Part shown: piece by piece, positions 48,652-58,431 of the stretch
How positions within the stretch are numbered: position 1 is the first letter of the stretch
How the letters are laid out: every line of letters begins with the position of its first letter
From: Trueperaceae bacterium
GTDB lineage: Bacteria > Deinococcota > Deinococci > Deinococcales > Trueperaceae
DNA length: 64,000 nt
Direction of reading: 5' to 3'
NCBI GenBank assembly: GCA_040905465.1
Contig: JBBDRK010000072.1
Span: 1 to 64,000 of the forward strand
Translations under genes and position numbers: made by a program
Notes under the pieces: model-generated
Database searches by the model: none
What the model was told of the DNA's origin: nothing
What the model saw: only the letters and a program-made list of their open reading frames with translations

Positions 48652-51114
48652 GTGCCCGAGGATGAGTTGGAGCGAACGCCGGTGAGAGAGACCACGCTGA
48701 GCCACACCCCTCCGACGTCCACTCCTCCGACCTCCACCCCTGGGACGTCCACCATGGCGAAGGCGCAGGAGCTGCTGCAGCGGGTCTTCGGATACCCCGA
48801 GTTCCGGGGGCCACAAGCGGAGATAATCGAGCGGCTGAACGGCGGTGAGGACGCCCTGGTGCTGATGCCCACGGGCGGCGGCAAGTCGCTGTGCTATCAG
48901 ATTCCGGCGATGCTCCGGGACGGGGTGGGCGTGGTGGTATCCCCGCTCATCGCGTTGATGCAGGACCAGGTGGACGCTCTTCGGCTGCTGGGCGTCCGCG
49001 CCGCGTTCGTGAACTCCACCCAGGACGCACAGGAGGCTCGCCGGGTGGAGGCTGCGATGGCGGGTGGCGAACTCGACCTGCTCTATGTCGCACCCGAGCG
49101 GCTGCTCACCCCACGCTTCCTGGAGTTGCTGGAGCGAACGAAGCTGGCGCTGTTCGCCATCGACGAAGCCCACTGCGTTTCCCAGTGGGGACACGACTTC
49201 AGGCCCGAGTACCTGGGCCTGTCGAAACTGGCGGAGCGTTTCCCGGAGGTGCCGCGCGTCGCGCTCACCGCCACTGCCGATGCGATGACACGGCGCGAGA
49301 TGGCCGAGAAGCTCAGCCTGCAAGGGGCTCGGCAGTTCGTGGTCTCCTTCGACCGGCCCAACATCCGCTACACGGTGGTCGACAAGCAGAACGCCCGGCA
49401 GCAGTTGCTCGCCTTCTACCGGGACCAGCACCAGGGCGGCGCCGGCATCGTCTACTGCATGTCGCGGCGCTCGGTCGACGATACCGCCGCCTGGCTGCAA
49501 GGCCAGGGCGTGCCGGCGCTCGCCTATCACGCCGGGCTGGATTCGTCCACCAGGTCCAAGCGCCAGGCGGCGTTCCTCCGCGAGGAGGGCGTGGTCATGG
49601 TGGCGACGATAGCCTTCGGCATGGGTATCGACAAACCCGACGTGCGCTTCGTGGCGCATCTGGACGTGCCCAAGAGCCTCGAGGGCTATTACCAGGAGAC
49701 CGGTCGTGCCGGACGTGACGGGCAGCCGGCCGAAGCCTTCATGACCTACGGCCTGAGCGACGTCGTCGCCTTGCGCCGGCTGATGGCATCGGGCGACGGG
49801 GGCGAGGCGTTCAAGCGAGTCGAGCAGCAGAAGCTCGATGCTCTGCTGGGCTATTGCGAGAGCGCCGGTTGCCGCCGGCAGGCGCTGCTGGCGTACTTCG
49901 GTGAAGAGTTCGCCGAACCGTGCGGAAACTGCGATACCTGCCTGAATCCGGTCGACACCTTCGATGGCACGGTCCTGGCGCAGAAGCTGCTGTCGACGGT
50001 CTACCGAACCGGTCAGCGCTTCGGCGCCGGCCACCTGTGCGACGTGCTGACCGGGAAGGCGAACACTCGGGTGCAGAGCCTTGGACACGACAAGCTGAGC
50101 ACCTTCGGTGTGGGCAGCGAGCTCGGCAGTGACGGCTGGAAGCGGGTGGTGCGGCAGTTGACCGCCGGCGGCTATCTGGTGACCGACGGCGAGGGGCACG
50201 GTTCCCTGAAGCTCGGCGGGGCCAGCGCTGCGGTGCTGCGCGGCGAGGCGTCGGTGGCGTTGCGCCGAGACCCGGCGCCCTATGCCGGTACGTCGAAGTC
50301 GAGCGGCCGGGGCGCGCGAAAGCGGGCGGCCATCCCGGAGGGGCCGGGAGCCGAGCTGTTCGAGGAGCTGCGCCGGGTGCGGACCGAGTTGGCGCAGGCG
50401 CAGGGCGTTCCTCCCTACGTGATCTTCCATGACGCCACCCTGCGGGAGATGGTGGCGCGCCTGCCGGCGAGCGCGGCGGAGCTCGCCCTGGTGCCCGGTG
50501 TCGGCAAGACGAAGCTCGAGCGTTACGGCGAGGCGTTCCTGGGGCCGATCGGTGCTCATCGTTCGGTTCCCACAGTCGGACCGGAGCCTAAGAAGCCGGA
50601 GCATGTCGGTTCGGCGCCTGTCGAGCCGGAGGACCTGTCCGGCGCGGGGCAACCGAACGCGGGGCCAGACGCGCGGCAACCGGACGCGGCACCGCTGTTC
50701 GCGTCAGCGGCCCCACCTCCCGACGCGACACACGCCGACGACGATCGGCAGGAGTACCCGCATGACCACCCGTCTGACAACTCATTCGAAATCCAGGACG
50801 ACGACCAAGGTGCCGGTGACACGGTGGACAGAACGCTCCGGCTGGTCCTCGCCGGGAACTCCCCGGAAGCGGTGGCCAGGCTGCGCAATCTCAAGCTGAG
50901 CACGGTAGAAGGGCATCTGGTCGATCTGGTGCGGCGCGGCGACATCACGGCAGAGGAGGCGACCGGTCTGGGCGCGGATGCCCTCGCCGAAATCGAGGAC
51001 GCCGTCAACGAACTTCCTGATTCCGAACGGCGGCGGTTGAAGCCCCTGTTCGAGCGTCTCGCGGGCCGGTACTCCTACGCGCAGCTACGCTGCATTCGCG
51101 CGACACTCGAGTAG
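48652..51114 (+). CDS. recQ: DNA helicase RecQ with RQC, HRDC and C-terminal HTH-like domain (start may be ATG 48754)
   Basis: [55 protein letters not shown], and [11 protein letters not shown]. Confidence 0.95.
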   Translation: MPEDELERTPVRETTLSHTPPTSTPPTSTPGTSTMAKAQELLQRVFGYPEFRGPQAEIIERLNGGEDALVLMPTGGGKSLCYQIPAMLRDGVGVVVSPLIALMQDQVDALRLLGVRAAFVNSTQDAQEARRVEAAMAGGELDLLYVAPERLLTPRFLELLERTKLALFAIDEAHCVSQWGHDFRPEYLGLSKLAERFPEVPRVALTATADAMTRREMAEKLSLQGARQFVVSFDRPNIRYTVVDKQNARQQLLAFYRDQHQGGAGIVYCMSRRSVDDTAAWLQGQGVPALAYHAGLDSSTRSKRQAAFLREEGVVMVATIAFGMGIDKPDVRFVAHLDVPKSLEGYYQETGRAGRDGQPAEAFMTYGLSDVVALRRLMASGDGGEAFKRVEQQKLDALLGYCESAGCRRQALLAYFGEEFAEPCGNCDTCLNPVDTFDGTVLAQKLLSTVYRTGQRFGAGHLCDVLTGKANTRVQSLGHDKLSTFGVGSELGSDGWKRVVRQLTAGGYLVTDGEGHGSLKLGGASAAVLRGEASVALRRDPAPYAGTSKSSGRGARKRAAIPEGPGAELFEELRRVRTELAQAQGVPPYVIFHDATLREMVARLPASAAELALVPGVGKTKLERYGEAFLGPIGAHRSVPTVGPEPKKPEHVGSAPVEPEDLSGAGQPNAGPDARQPDAAPLFASAAPPPDATHADDDRQEYPHDHPSDNSFEIQDDDQGAGDTVDRTLRLVLAGNSPEAVARLRNLKLSTVEGHLVDLVRRGDITAEEATGLGADALAEIEDAVNELPDSERRRLKPLFERLAGRYSYAQLRCIRATLE

Positions 51115-51268
51115 CCCGCTACTTCAAGGTCTCGGACTCCCGCTCGGCACCCACACAGCTTTCCCAAGCGTGACATCTGAACCGGGGTACTCCTGCCCCG
51201 TCCTTACACTGGATCGATTGTGAGCGGAAGCCCATTTCCAAGGGGAGCAACACGGGGAGTGTCGATTG

Positions 51269-52672
51269 ATGGAAGGACCCATTTTTTGCCGCATTATTCG
51301 CCCCATCGATCGTAGTAGCCGTCGTGTGTTGCCGCTGATCTTCGCGGCGGCGCTCGCGATTTCGCTCGCCGCCTGCTCCGAACTCAACACCGAGATAGAA
51401 CCGGAAGACGACGAGCCCGCGCCGGCGGTGGAGCGTCGGACAGTAGCCGTCGGTCTGGCCGGTGACGGCAGCGGCAGGGTGGCGAGCGATCCGGCTGGCA
51501 TCGACTGCGGCGCCTCTTGCAGCGCCGAGTTTTCGGAGGGCAGTCAGGTTGCGCTCTCCGCTGCCGCCGCCCACGGTTCGCGTTTCGAAGGGTGGAGCTC
51601 GAGTAGTTGCGGCGGGGGAGAGAGTTGCGTCCTGACGCTTTCTGGCGACGTGACCGTCGAGGCGACCTTCGCCGCGGAGCCGTCACCATCGGGATCGGCT
51701 GAAGGGTCGTTCTCGGTAGTAGTGATCCCCGACACTCAGAACTTGATCATGCGCAGAGAGAACACCATGGTGACGACCATGGCGCGTTGGGTCGTCGACA
51801 GCCGCGACGAACTCGACATCCGTTTCGTCAGCCAACTCGGCGACGTTGTTGACGACGGCAGCAAGGTCAGCGAGTGGCAGCGGGCCGACCGAATGCTGGG
51901 CCTGCTCGACGGGGTCGTGCCGTACAGCGTCGCCCTCGGCGATCACGACTACGCCATCGAGGAGGACATGGGCAGCTCCACCGCCAACTACCGGGCCTGG
52001 TTCGGCCCGGAACGTTACCGGGAGTACGACTGGTACCGCGGTAGCGGCCCGAACGGCGTCAATCACTATCAGGTGTTCGAGGCGGGCGGCCGCGAGTTCC
52101 TGCACGTGGCGCTCGAATGGGAAGCTCCCGGTCCCGCAGACGACCCAGCTTCGCCTCTGGGCTGGGCTCGCCAGGTCATCTCGGATCATCCGGAACTGCC
52201 GACGATCATCTCAACCCACGCCTACCTCTGGGACTATCCCGGTCAGGAGGGCCGGACCTGGGCCAGCGAGCAGCTCGAGGGCAGCATCACCCTAGATGGC
52301 GGCAGCATGACCTTCCCCGGAACCACCGGCCAGGGGATGTTCGAGGCGCTGGTGGAACCGTTTCCGCACGTTTTCATGGTGCTGAACGGCCACTACCACA
52401 AGGCCAGCGGCACCGACGACGGGGAGTACCACCAGGTCAGCCGCAACGAGACCGGCCTGGAGGTCTACGAGATGCTGTCGAACTACCAGAGCTATCCCAA
52501 CGGGGGAGACGGCTGGCTGCGGATCATCGAATTCGTTCCCAGTGGGGGCGAGGGCGGCAGTGATCGGATCGCCGTGAGTACCTACTCTCCGGTGCTGAAC
52601 CGCTTCCAGACCGACGCCCGCAGCCGGTTCCACTTCGACCTTGTGTTCGAGGAGCGCTTCCCCAGGGATTGA
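51269..52672 (+). CDS. Lipoprotein with divergent InlB-B-like repeat and calcineurin-like metallophosphoesterase (start uncertain)
   Basis: Lipobox LAAC, V.SDPAGIDCG.SC...F.GW module, and PDTQ, GDVVD, GDHD, THAY, NGHYH. Confidence 0.8.
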   Translation: MEGPIFCRIIRPIDRSSRRVLPLIFAAALAISLAACSELNTEIEPEDDEPAPAVERRTVAVGLAGDGSGRVASDPAGIDCGASCSAEFSEGSQVALSAAAAHGSRFEGWSSSSCGGGESCVLTLSGDVTVEATFAAEPSPSGSAEGSFSVVVIPDTQNLIMRRENTMVTTMARWVVDSRDELDIRFVSQLGDVVDDGSKVSEWQRADRMLGLLDGVVPYSVALGDHDYAIEEDMGSSTANYRAWFGPERYREYDWYRGSGPNGVNHYQVFEAGGREFLHVALEWEAPGPADDPASPLGWARQVISDHPELPTIISTHAYLWDYPGQEGRTWASEQLEGSITLDGGSMTFPGTTGQGMFEALVEPFPHVFMVLNGHYHKASGTDDGEYHQVSRNETGLEVYEMLSNYQSYPNGGDGWLRIIEFVPSGGEGGSDRIAVSTYSPVLNRFQTDARSRFHFDLVFEERFPRD

Positions 52673-52682
52673 GCGTCGCTCG

Positions 52683-52715
52683 TCAGCGCACCTCGCTGCC
52701 GTCGGGCAGGTCGCG
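52683..52715 (-). repeat. 33-bp duplicate of the metG 3' end
   Basis: tcagcgcacctcgctgccgtcgggcaggtcgcg is identical to 53520-53552. Confidence 0.92.
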
Positions 52716-52768
52716 TTCCAACATCGCGCAGTATCGCCAGCCGTTAGTCCGGGTCTCGCCGCGCCACG

Positions 52769-53218
52769 TCACGGCAGGTTCTCCAAGTCGTTGAGATCCT
52801 TTGAGCGACCGCTTGCCGTCTTGTTGGCCCTGAGGCACTCGTTGTCGATTATGTTGACAACCACACCGTCGATCTCATCGCTTATGCGCCGATCGTAGCA
52901 GGCCTGAAAATCGACTCCTGAAATAGTGGTGAGCACTTCTATCCGGAATGGCGGTAGGCCCATACGGATTACGCGATCCTCTTCCAGGAAGACGTCGGCG
53001 GACAGATCCGGCGACCCGAATCCGAACGCTTGCAGAGCAGTAACCAGACTCTCTGCGTTCACTCGCTCCGACGCTACCCACACGTCCATGTGGCCGGTCG
53101 AACGGGGATAGCCGTGGTAGCCCACGGCATAGCCGCCGACAAGAAGGTATCTAACGCCGTTCGAGTTTAGTAACTGTAAGAACTCTTTGAAGTCTGGCGG
53201 TAGCCGGGTCGTAGCCAT
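52769..53218 (-). CDS. Nucleotidyltransferase-fold protein (DUF6036-like)
   Basis: YLLVGGYAV.YHGYPRST..MD and NK.ASGR.KD..D. Confidence 0.85.
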   Translation of the reverse strand: MATTRLPPDFKEFLQLLNSNGVRYLLVGGYAVGYHGYPRSTGHMDVWVASERVNAESLVTALQAFGFGSPDLSADVFLEEDRVIRMGLPPFRIEVLTTISGVDFQACYDRRISDEIDGVVVNIIDNECLRANKTASGRSKDLNDLENLP

Positions 53219-53363
53219 AGTTCACCTGACGCATGAGCTCGATCGCCTCGAGACGTTCTTTCGGCCCGCGACTTCGCCAAAAGACCCTTTGGTCTCTGTC
53301 GTCGCCCAGAGAAGTGATGGAGAATGCCGACTTATCCAGGCGGATGGACGCTACGTCACTCAC
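53151..53363 (-). CDS. Small protein (70 aa) overlapping the nucleotidyltransferase; putative partner/antitoxin
   Basis: TATAAT-7nt-GTG start, and RLDKSAFS...FW....P.ERL.A.E.MRQ..YG...RLQRV. Confidence 0.75.
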   Translation of the reverse strand: MSDVASIRLDKSAFSITSLGDDRDQRVFWRSRGPKERLEAIELMRQVNYGYDPATARLQRVLTVTKLERR

Positions 53364-53519
53364 AACACGAATTATAAGCCATTGCATGCACTTTCTCTCG
53401 CTGTGCGGGGGCCAACTCGGTGACCGGCACTCTTCCACTCGCTACTACCGCGCTTGCGAGGTCTCCGGCGAGCGGAACTACCCTTCACACACCAGTGCCG
53501 GCACCAGTAACGCTCTCGC

Positions 53520-55535
53520 TCAGCGCACCTCGCTGCCGTCGGGCAGGTCGCGGTCGAGTGTCGCCAGGCTGAGTCTGCCGCCGGCGTCCTCGGCCGCCAG
53601 GATCATCCCCTGCGACTCAACGCCGCGCAGCGTGACCGGCTTCAGGTTGGTCACCAGAACCACCTTCTTGCCCTCGAGTTGCTCGGGCGAGTAGTGCTCG
53701 CGGATGCCGGAGACCACCGTGCGCTCCTCGGGCCCGAGCTTGACCCTGAGCACCAGCAGCCGGTCGGCCTTGGGATGCTGGTTGGCTTCGAGAACCGTTG
53801 CTACTCGTAGCTCCAGCTTGGCGAAGTCGTCGATGGTGACTTCTTCCTTGTGCTCGAGCGGTTGCACCTGCTCCGCGACCGGTGCCGACGCTTCCGGGTC
53901 GGCGATCTCCTGCTTCAGCTCGTCTAGGTCGATTCGCGGGAACAGCGGGTTGCCGGGCCGGGTGCGGGTGCCGGCCGCGACCACGCCCCACTCGCCGGCG
54001 GCGTGCAGCTCGATGCTCTGGTCGGCCAGCCCGAGCTGCGCCAGGAGCTCGCGGGTCTTGTCGGGCATCACCGGCGTCAGCAGGATTCCCGCGCAACGCA
54101 GCGCCTCCACGCAGTTGGTGAGCACGGTGTCCAGGCGCGACGCGTTGGCATCGTCCTTGACCAGCTCCCAGGGTTGGGTGTCGCTAATGTACTTGTTCGC
54201 CTTGCGAACCGCATCCAGCACCGCGCTTATCGCCCGATCGAACTGCAGCTCGGCCACGAAGCCGTCGACCGCCTTGGGAAGCGCCGCGAAAGCGTCGCGC
54301 AACTCCGCGTCGGCAGTTTCAGCAGCGGCAGCTTCCGTTTCGCCAGGTTCCGTGCGAGCCAGCCCCGGCACCAAGCCGTCCCGGTAGCGCTTGAGCATCC
54401 CCAGGGTGCGGTTGAGCAGATTGCCGAGGTCGTTGGCGAGGTCGGAGTTCACCCGCTCCACCAAAGCCACTTCGCTGAACGTGGCGTCGAGCCCGAAGGT
54501 CATGTCGCGCATCAGGAAGTAGCGGAAGGCGTCGTTGCCGTACTTGTCCTTGAGGTCGAGGGGCCGGACCACGTTCCCCCGGCTCTTGCTCATCTTGCCC
54601 TGGTCGGTGAGCCAGTAGCCGTGCACGTTGAGGTGCCGGTAGAGCGGCAGGCCGGCCGCCTTGAGCATGGTGGGCCAGAACACCCCGTGCGGCTTGAGGA
54701 TGTCCTTGCCGATGAAGTGCTCCACGGCCGGCCAGTAGCGTTCTTCGAGGCCACGGGATTCCAGCGCCGACCAGTAGTTGATGAGGGCGTCGAACCAGAC
54801 GTAGGTGACGTGGTTCTCGTCCCAGGGCAGCGGTATCCCCCAGGGCACGCGGTCGCGCGGGCGGCTGATCGACAGGTCGCCGATGGGCTCGCGCAGCATG
54901 CCCAGGACCTCGTTGCGGTAACGGTTGGGCCGAACGAAGTCGGGGTTGCGTGTGAGGTGTTCACGCAACCAGGGCCGGTACTTCTCCATCCGGAAGAAGT
55001 AGTTCTCCTCGCTGCGGTACTCGAGCACTATGTCGTGTTGGGGGCAGCGACCGCCTTCGAGCTCCTTCTCGGTGTAGTAACGCTCGCACTGAACGCAGTA
55101 GAGCCCACCGTATTCGCCGAAGATGATGTCGCCGGAGTCGTATACCCGCTGGAGGATCTCCTGCACCACCTTCTTGTGGCGCTCTTCGGTGGTGCGGATG
55201 AATTCGTCGTAGCCGATGCCGAGGTCGTCCCAGATCGCCCGGAACCGTGCCGATACCTCGTCGGTGTACTGCTGGGGGGTAATCCCGGCCGCCTCGGCGG
55301 TCTTCTGAATCTTCTCGCCGTGCTCGTCGGTGCCGGTCAGGAAGAAGGTGTCGTCCCCGCGCAACCGGTGGTAACGGGTAACCACATCGACGAGGATGGT
55401 GGTGTAGGCGTGGCCGATGTGCGGCTCGGCGTTGACGTAGAAAATCGGGGTGGTGGCGTAGAAGGTTTCTCTGTCGTGCTGGCTTGCGTCCTGCTCTCGT
55501 GCGTCCGCGCGTGTGGAAGCGGATTCGGTGTCCAT
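53520..55535 (-). CDS. metG: Methionine--tRNA ligase with C-terminal Trbp111-like domain
   Basis: YVNAEPHIGH, GTDEHG, YVWFDAL, KMSKS, and C-terminal IDDFAKLELRV...SQGMILAA. Confidence 0.97.
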   Translation of the reverse strand: MDTESASTRADAREQDASQHDRETFYATTPIFYVNAEPHIGHAYTTILVDVVTRYHRLRGDDTFFLTGTDEHGEKIQKTAEAAGITPQQYTDEVSARFRAIWDDLGIGYDEFIRTTEERHKKVVQEILQRVYDSGDIIFGEYGGLYCVQCERYYTEKELEGGRCPQHDIVLEYRSEENYFFRMEKYRPWLREHLTRNPDFVRPNRYRNEVLGMLREPIGDLSISRPRDRVPWGIPLPWDENHVTYVWFDALINYWSALESRGLEERYWPAVEHFIGKDILKPHGVFWPTMLKAAGLPLYRHLNVHGYWLTDQGKMSKSRGNVVRPLDLKDKYGNDAFRYFLMRDMTFGLDATFSEVALVERVNSDLANDLGNLLNRTLGMLKRYRDGLVPGLARTEPGETEAAAAETADAELRDAFAALPKAVDGFVAELQFDRAISAVLDAVRKANKYISDTQPWELVKDDANASRLDTVLTNCVEALRCAGILLTPVMPDKTRELLAQLGLADQSIELHAAGEWGVVAAGTRTRPGNPLFPRIDLDELKQEIADPEASAPVAEQVQPLEHKEEVTIDDFAKLELRVATVLEANQHPKADRLLVLRVKLGPEERTVVSGIREHYSPEQLEGKKVVLVTNLKPVTLRGVESQGMILAAEDAGGRLSLATLDRDLPDGSEVR

Positions 55536-55551
55536 CGGATCCTCCAGAACC

Positions 55552-55580
55552 AAAAAAGCGGGCGCCGCATCACGGCGCCC
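55552..55580 (-). terminator. Intrinsic terminator within the metG leader
   Basis: gggcgccg-tgatg-cggcgccc-gc-tttttt, immediately 5' of the metG SD (ggagg). Confidence 0.8.
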
Positions 55581-55601
55581 TGACTCAGAAAAGCGTGTCG
55601 C

Positions 55602-55643
55602 TTACCTGATAACAGGGCTCCGATTCAGCATTCGCCATGCCAT
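55602..55643 (-). CDS. Putative metG leader peptide MAWRMLNRSPVIR
   Basis: Starts 9 nt after TGcTATAGT and overlaps the 5' arm of a predicted antiterminator. Confidence 0.5.
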   Translation of the reverse strand: MAWRMLNRSPVIR

Positions 55644-55726
55644 ACCGCGCGCACTATAGCACAGGCCGCCCGCGCCGATTCGCGCCGAGCAGGCCTCGGC
55701 CGCAACCCGTGCAAGAATGCGTTCCC

Positions 55727-57430
55727 ATGGCGGACGGTCAGCGGGACCTCTCATCGGCCATCAACGATTTCTGGCGGGCCCGGCGCCGCGCCAACCTGCG
55801 TGAGGCGCTGTCGTTTCTGGGCGGCGCCCCGAACCAGTTGCTCTCCTACGAGGAGGTGCGGCGCAAGCTTCGCGCGGTCGAGGAATCCACTCCGAAACTC
55901 GAGGACGTTCCCCTCGACGCCATAGTCGGCAGCGTGGGGCGTTACAACGACTTCACACGTGGCTTCCTGCCCAGGCAGGACAGCGACAAGGAGCGCTGGG
56001 CGGGAGTGCGCCAGGCCATGACCGGGATAGAGGGCGTTCCGCCGATCGAGGTCTACCGTATCGGCGACACCTATTTCGTGAAGGACGGCAACCACCGGGT
56101 GTCCGTGGCCCGGCAACTGGGCACGAAGTACCTGCAAGCCTACGTCACGCCGGTTCACTCGCGCGTGAAGCTGGAGCCAGATGTCGAGCCGGACGACCTC
56201 ATCATCAAGGCCGAGCAGGCCGACTTTCTGCTCGAAACGGGTCTCGACGAGTTGCGCCCGGAGACCGACCTGAGCCTTACTGCACCCGGCCAGTACGCCA
56301 GGCTGCTCGAGCACATCTCGGTGCACCGCTACTTCATGGGGATAGATGAGGACCGCGAGATCGACTATCAGGAGGCGGTGACCCACTGGCACGACAACGT
56401 CTACCTGCCGGTGGTCGAGAGTATCCGCAGGCACGGCCTGCTGCGCGGGTTTCCGGGACGTACCGAGACAGATCTGTATCTCTGGCTCTCGGAGCATCGC
56501 GGGGTGCTCGAGCAGGAGTTGGGCTGGAGTCTGCCGGCCGAGACGGTGGCACAGGGTGTTGCCGCCGAGGTCTCGGGCGAGCGGCAGCTCTCCCCGGAGA
56601 TGCGGGAGCGCGCCTTGCAGGCGGCCGTTGCCGACGACCAGGGCGACAACCGCTCGTGGGAGAGGATCTGCGCCGATGTCCTCGTGGCCCTGCCCGGCGT
56701 CGACGACGCCCTGACTGCGCTCGATCAGGCACTGGTGGTCGCGCGCCGTGAGGGTTCACGGCTCTACGGCCTGCACGTGGTCGAGGGCCGCACCGACGCC
56801 GTCGGCCAAGCCGGAAGCGATGACGCTGTCCGTGCCTTGCGCCGTGCGTTCGAGGCGCGTTGCCGGGATGCCGGGGTGCCGGCTCAGTTCGCGGTGGCGC
56901 AAGGGACCGTCCAGGAGGAACTGCTGGCGCGAGCTATCTGGAGCGATCTGGTGGTCGCGCCCCTGCCGCTCGATCGGGAGGGGGACGTCAGGCTCTCGGG
57001 AGGCTACCGGTCGTTTCTGCGCAACAGTCCGCGCCCCGTTCTCACGGTCAACGGTGAGGCCAGCCCACTCCGGCGGGCGCTGCTGGCTTACGACGGCGGC
57101 TCCCGGGCAAACGCCGCCCTGTTCATCGCTGCCTATATCGCCGCCAAATGGAAGACCGGGCTGACCGTGCTGACGGTGAACGATGGCGGCCAGGCAAGCG
57201 GTTCGCCGCTCGAAGACGCGCGGGAGTACCTCGAGGCGCACGGCATCGAGGCCAACTACCTCGCGGTTCGGGGACGGGTGGGCGCCACTATCGTCGAGGC
57301 GGCCGAGGCCCACGGCTGCGACACGGTCCTGATGGGTTCCTACAAGTACAACCGGTGGCTCGAGTCGATGCTCGGCGGAGTCGTCGAGGAGGTCGTCGGG
57401 CTGGTTCGCGGCGCAGTGCTGGTGGCCTGA
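55727..57430 (+). CDS. ParB/Srx-like domain fused to tandem universal stress protein domains
   Basis: IVGSVGRY.DF, PPIEVY...YFVKDGNHRVSVA, LYGLHVV, LLAYDGG, and D.VLMGSY...LGGV. Confidence 0.8.
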   Translation: MADGQRDLSSAINDFWRARRRANLREALSFLGGAPNQLLSYEEVRRKLRAVEESTPKLEDVPLDAIVGSVGRYNDFTRGFLPRQDSDKERWAGVRQAMTGIEGVPPIEVYRIGDTYFVKDGNHRVSVARQLGTKYLQAYVTPVHSRVKLEPDVEPDDLIIKAEQADFLLETGLDELRPETDLSLTAPGQYARLLEHISVHRYFMGIDEDREIDYQEAVTHWHDNVYLPVVESIRRHGLLRGFPGRTETDLYLWLSEHRGVLEQELGWSLPAETVAQGVAAEVSGERQLSPEMRERALQAAVADDQGDNRSWERICADVLVALPGVDDALTALDQALVVARREGSRLYGLHVVEGRTDAVGQAGSDDAVRALRRAFEARCRDAGVPAQFAVAQGTVQEELLARAIWSDLVVAPLPLDREGDVRLSGGYRSFLRNSPRPVLTVNGEASPLRRALLAYDGGSRANAALFIAAYIAAKWKTGLTVLTVNDGGQASGSPLEDAREYLEAHGIEANYLAVRGRVGATIVEAAEAHGCDTVLMGSYKYNRWLESMLGGVVEEVVGLVRGAVLVA

Positions 57431-57542
57431 TCGTGGCGTGATGGGCTGCCGGCATCGTTACCTGCGTGCCCAGTTGACCCGGCACCCAGTCGCCATGCCT
57501 GAGACTCTCGTTGCCGGCGCGGCCGTCGCTGGGCGTCCCTGC

Positions 57543-58037
57543 TCAGGAGACTGACAGCAGCGGCGGGTTTCGCAATGTCTGGAACACAACGCAGTAGCGC
57601 TCGGTAAGGCGGAGCAGGGTTTCCAGTTCCTCGGCCGTAGCTCCGCTTTCCAGATCGAACTCGAGCCGAATCTCCCTGAAGCCCACCGGGGCGTCCTTGG
57701 CCACCGCCAGCGTTCCCCGGAAGTCGAGGTCACCCTGCGCCCGGACGGTACCGCCGGTAACGTCGATACCTATCGAGGCAGCCACCGCCTGCAGGGTGAC
57801 GCCTGCGCAGGCGACGAGGGCCTGGAGGAGCATGTCCCCCGAGCAGGCGAGTGAGCCGTCGCCGCCGGTGGCCGGATGAAGTCCGGCTTCGACGAGCGCT
57901 TTGCCGGTCTGGACGCTGCAGCTCACGCCCTCGCCTACGCGCCCCTCGGCTTGCAGGGTCACGACCGCCGTCGCCGGCTCTTCCCGGTACCTTTGCTTGA
58001 GCGGTGCCTGTGCGGCGCGAAGCGATTCCGTTTCCAT
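57543..58037 (-). CDS. OsmC family protein
   Basis: CSGDMLLQALVACAG, GDLDFRGTL, and TERYCVV. SD ggagg. Confidence 0.9.
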   Translation of the reverse strand: METESLRAAQAPLKQRYREEPATAVVTLQAEGRVGEGVSCSVQTGKALVEAGLHPATGGDGSLACSGDMLLQALVACAGVTLQAVAASIGIDVTGGTVRAQGDLDFRGTLAVAKDAPVGFREIRLEFDLESGATAEELETLLRLTERYCVVFQTLRNPPLLSVS

Positions 58038-58431
58038 GGGCCTCCAGTTGGTCGAGATTCCCCAGGATACTCCTGCTGGCCGCGCAGGCATCGAGGTCGC
58101 CAATGTGAAAGACCGGCGCCCCCGTGCCGGTCTTTCTGGATAATCACCCGCTACCCTCTTGACCCGTACGATAGACCGCCCGCAACGCGGTGCAAAGAGC
58201 CATTCGCACCACCCGTCATGATTCACGAGGACCACGGCCGCAGTCGTTGGCCCGGAGCGGAGCGAAAGTCGTCCTTTCGTCCGAGCGTGGGTTGGACAAA
58301 TGTTTTGCGACGAGAGTCGGCTAGGCTGACTGTAACCGCACCCCGCGATGCCAGACGCGATGCCAGACCCCAACTGCACCCCGCGACGCCAGACCCCAAC
58401 GATCGAATCAGACTTTCAGGAGGAGGCAAGC

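Noticed and set aside
47731-50679. 982-aa minus-strand ORF
   Set aside because: Antisense shadow of can/recQ in high-GC DNA with no recognisable motifs. The same applies to 54003-55583, 43481-44740, 37871-39214 and 61256-62668.
55560-55650. T-box or SAM-I riboswitch upstream of metG
   Set aside because: Too short, and lacks the T-box UGGNACC bulge and SAM-I core. Reinterpreted as a leader-peptide attenuator.
58338-58400. Short repeats (cgcgatgccagac-like x3) upstream of csbD
   Set aside because: Irregular local duplications with no structure or motif I can assign.
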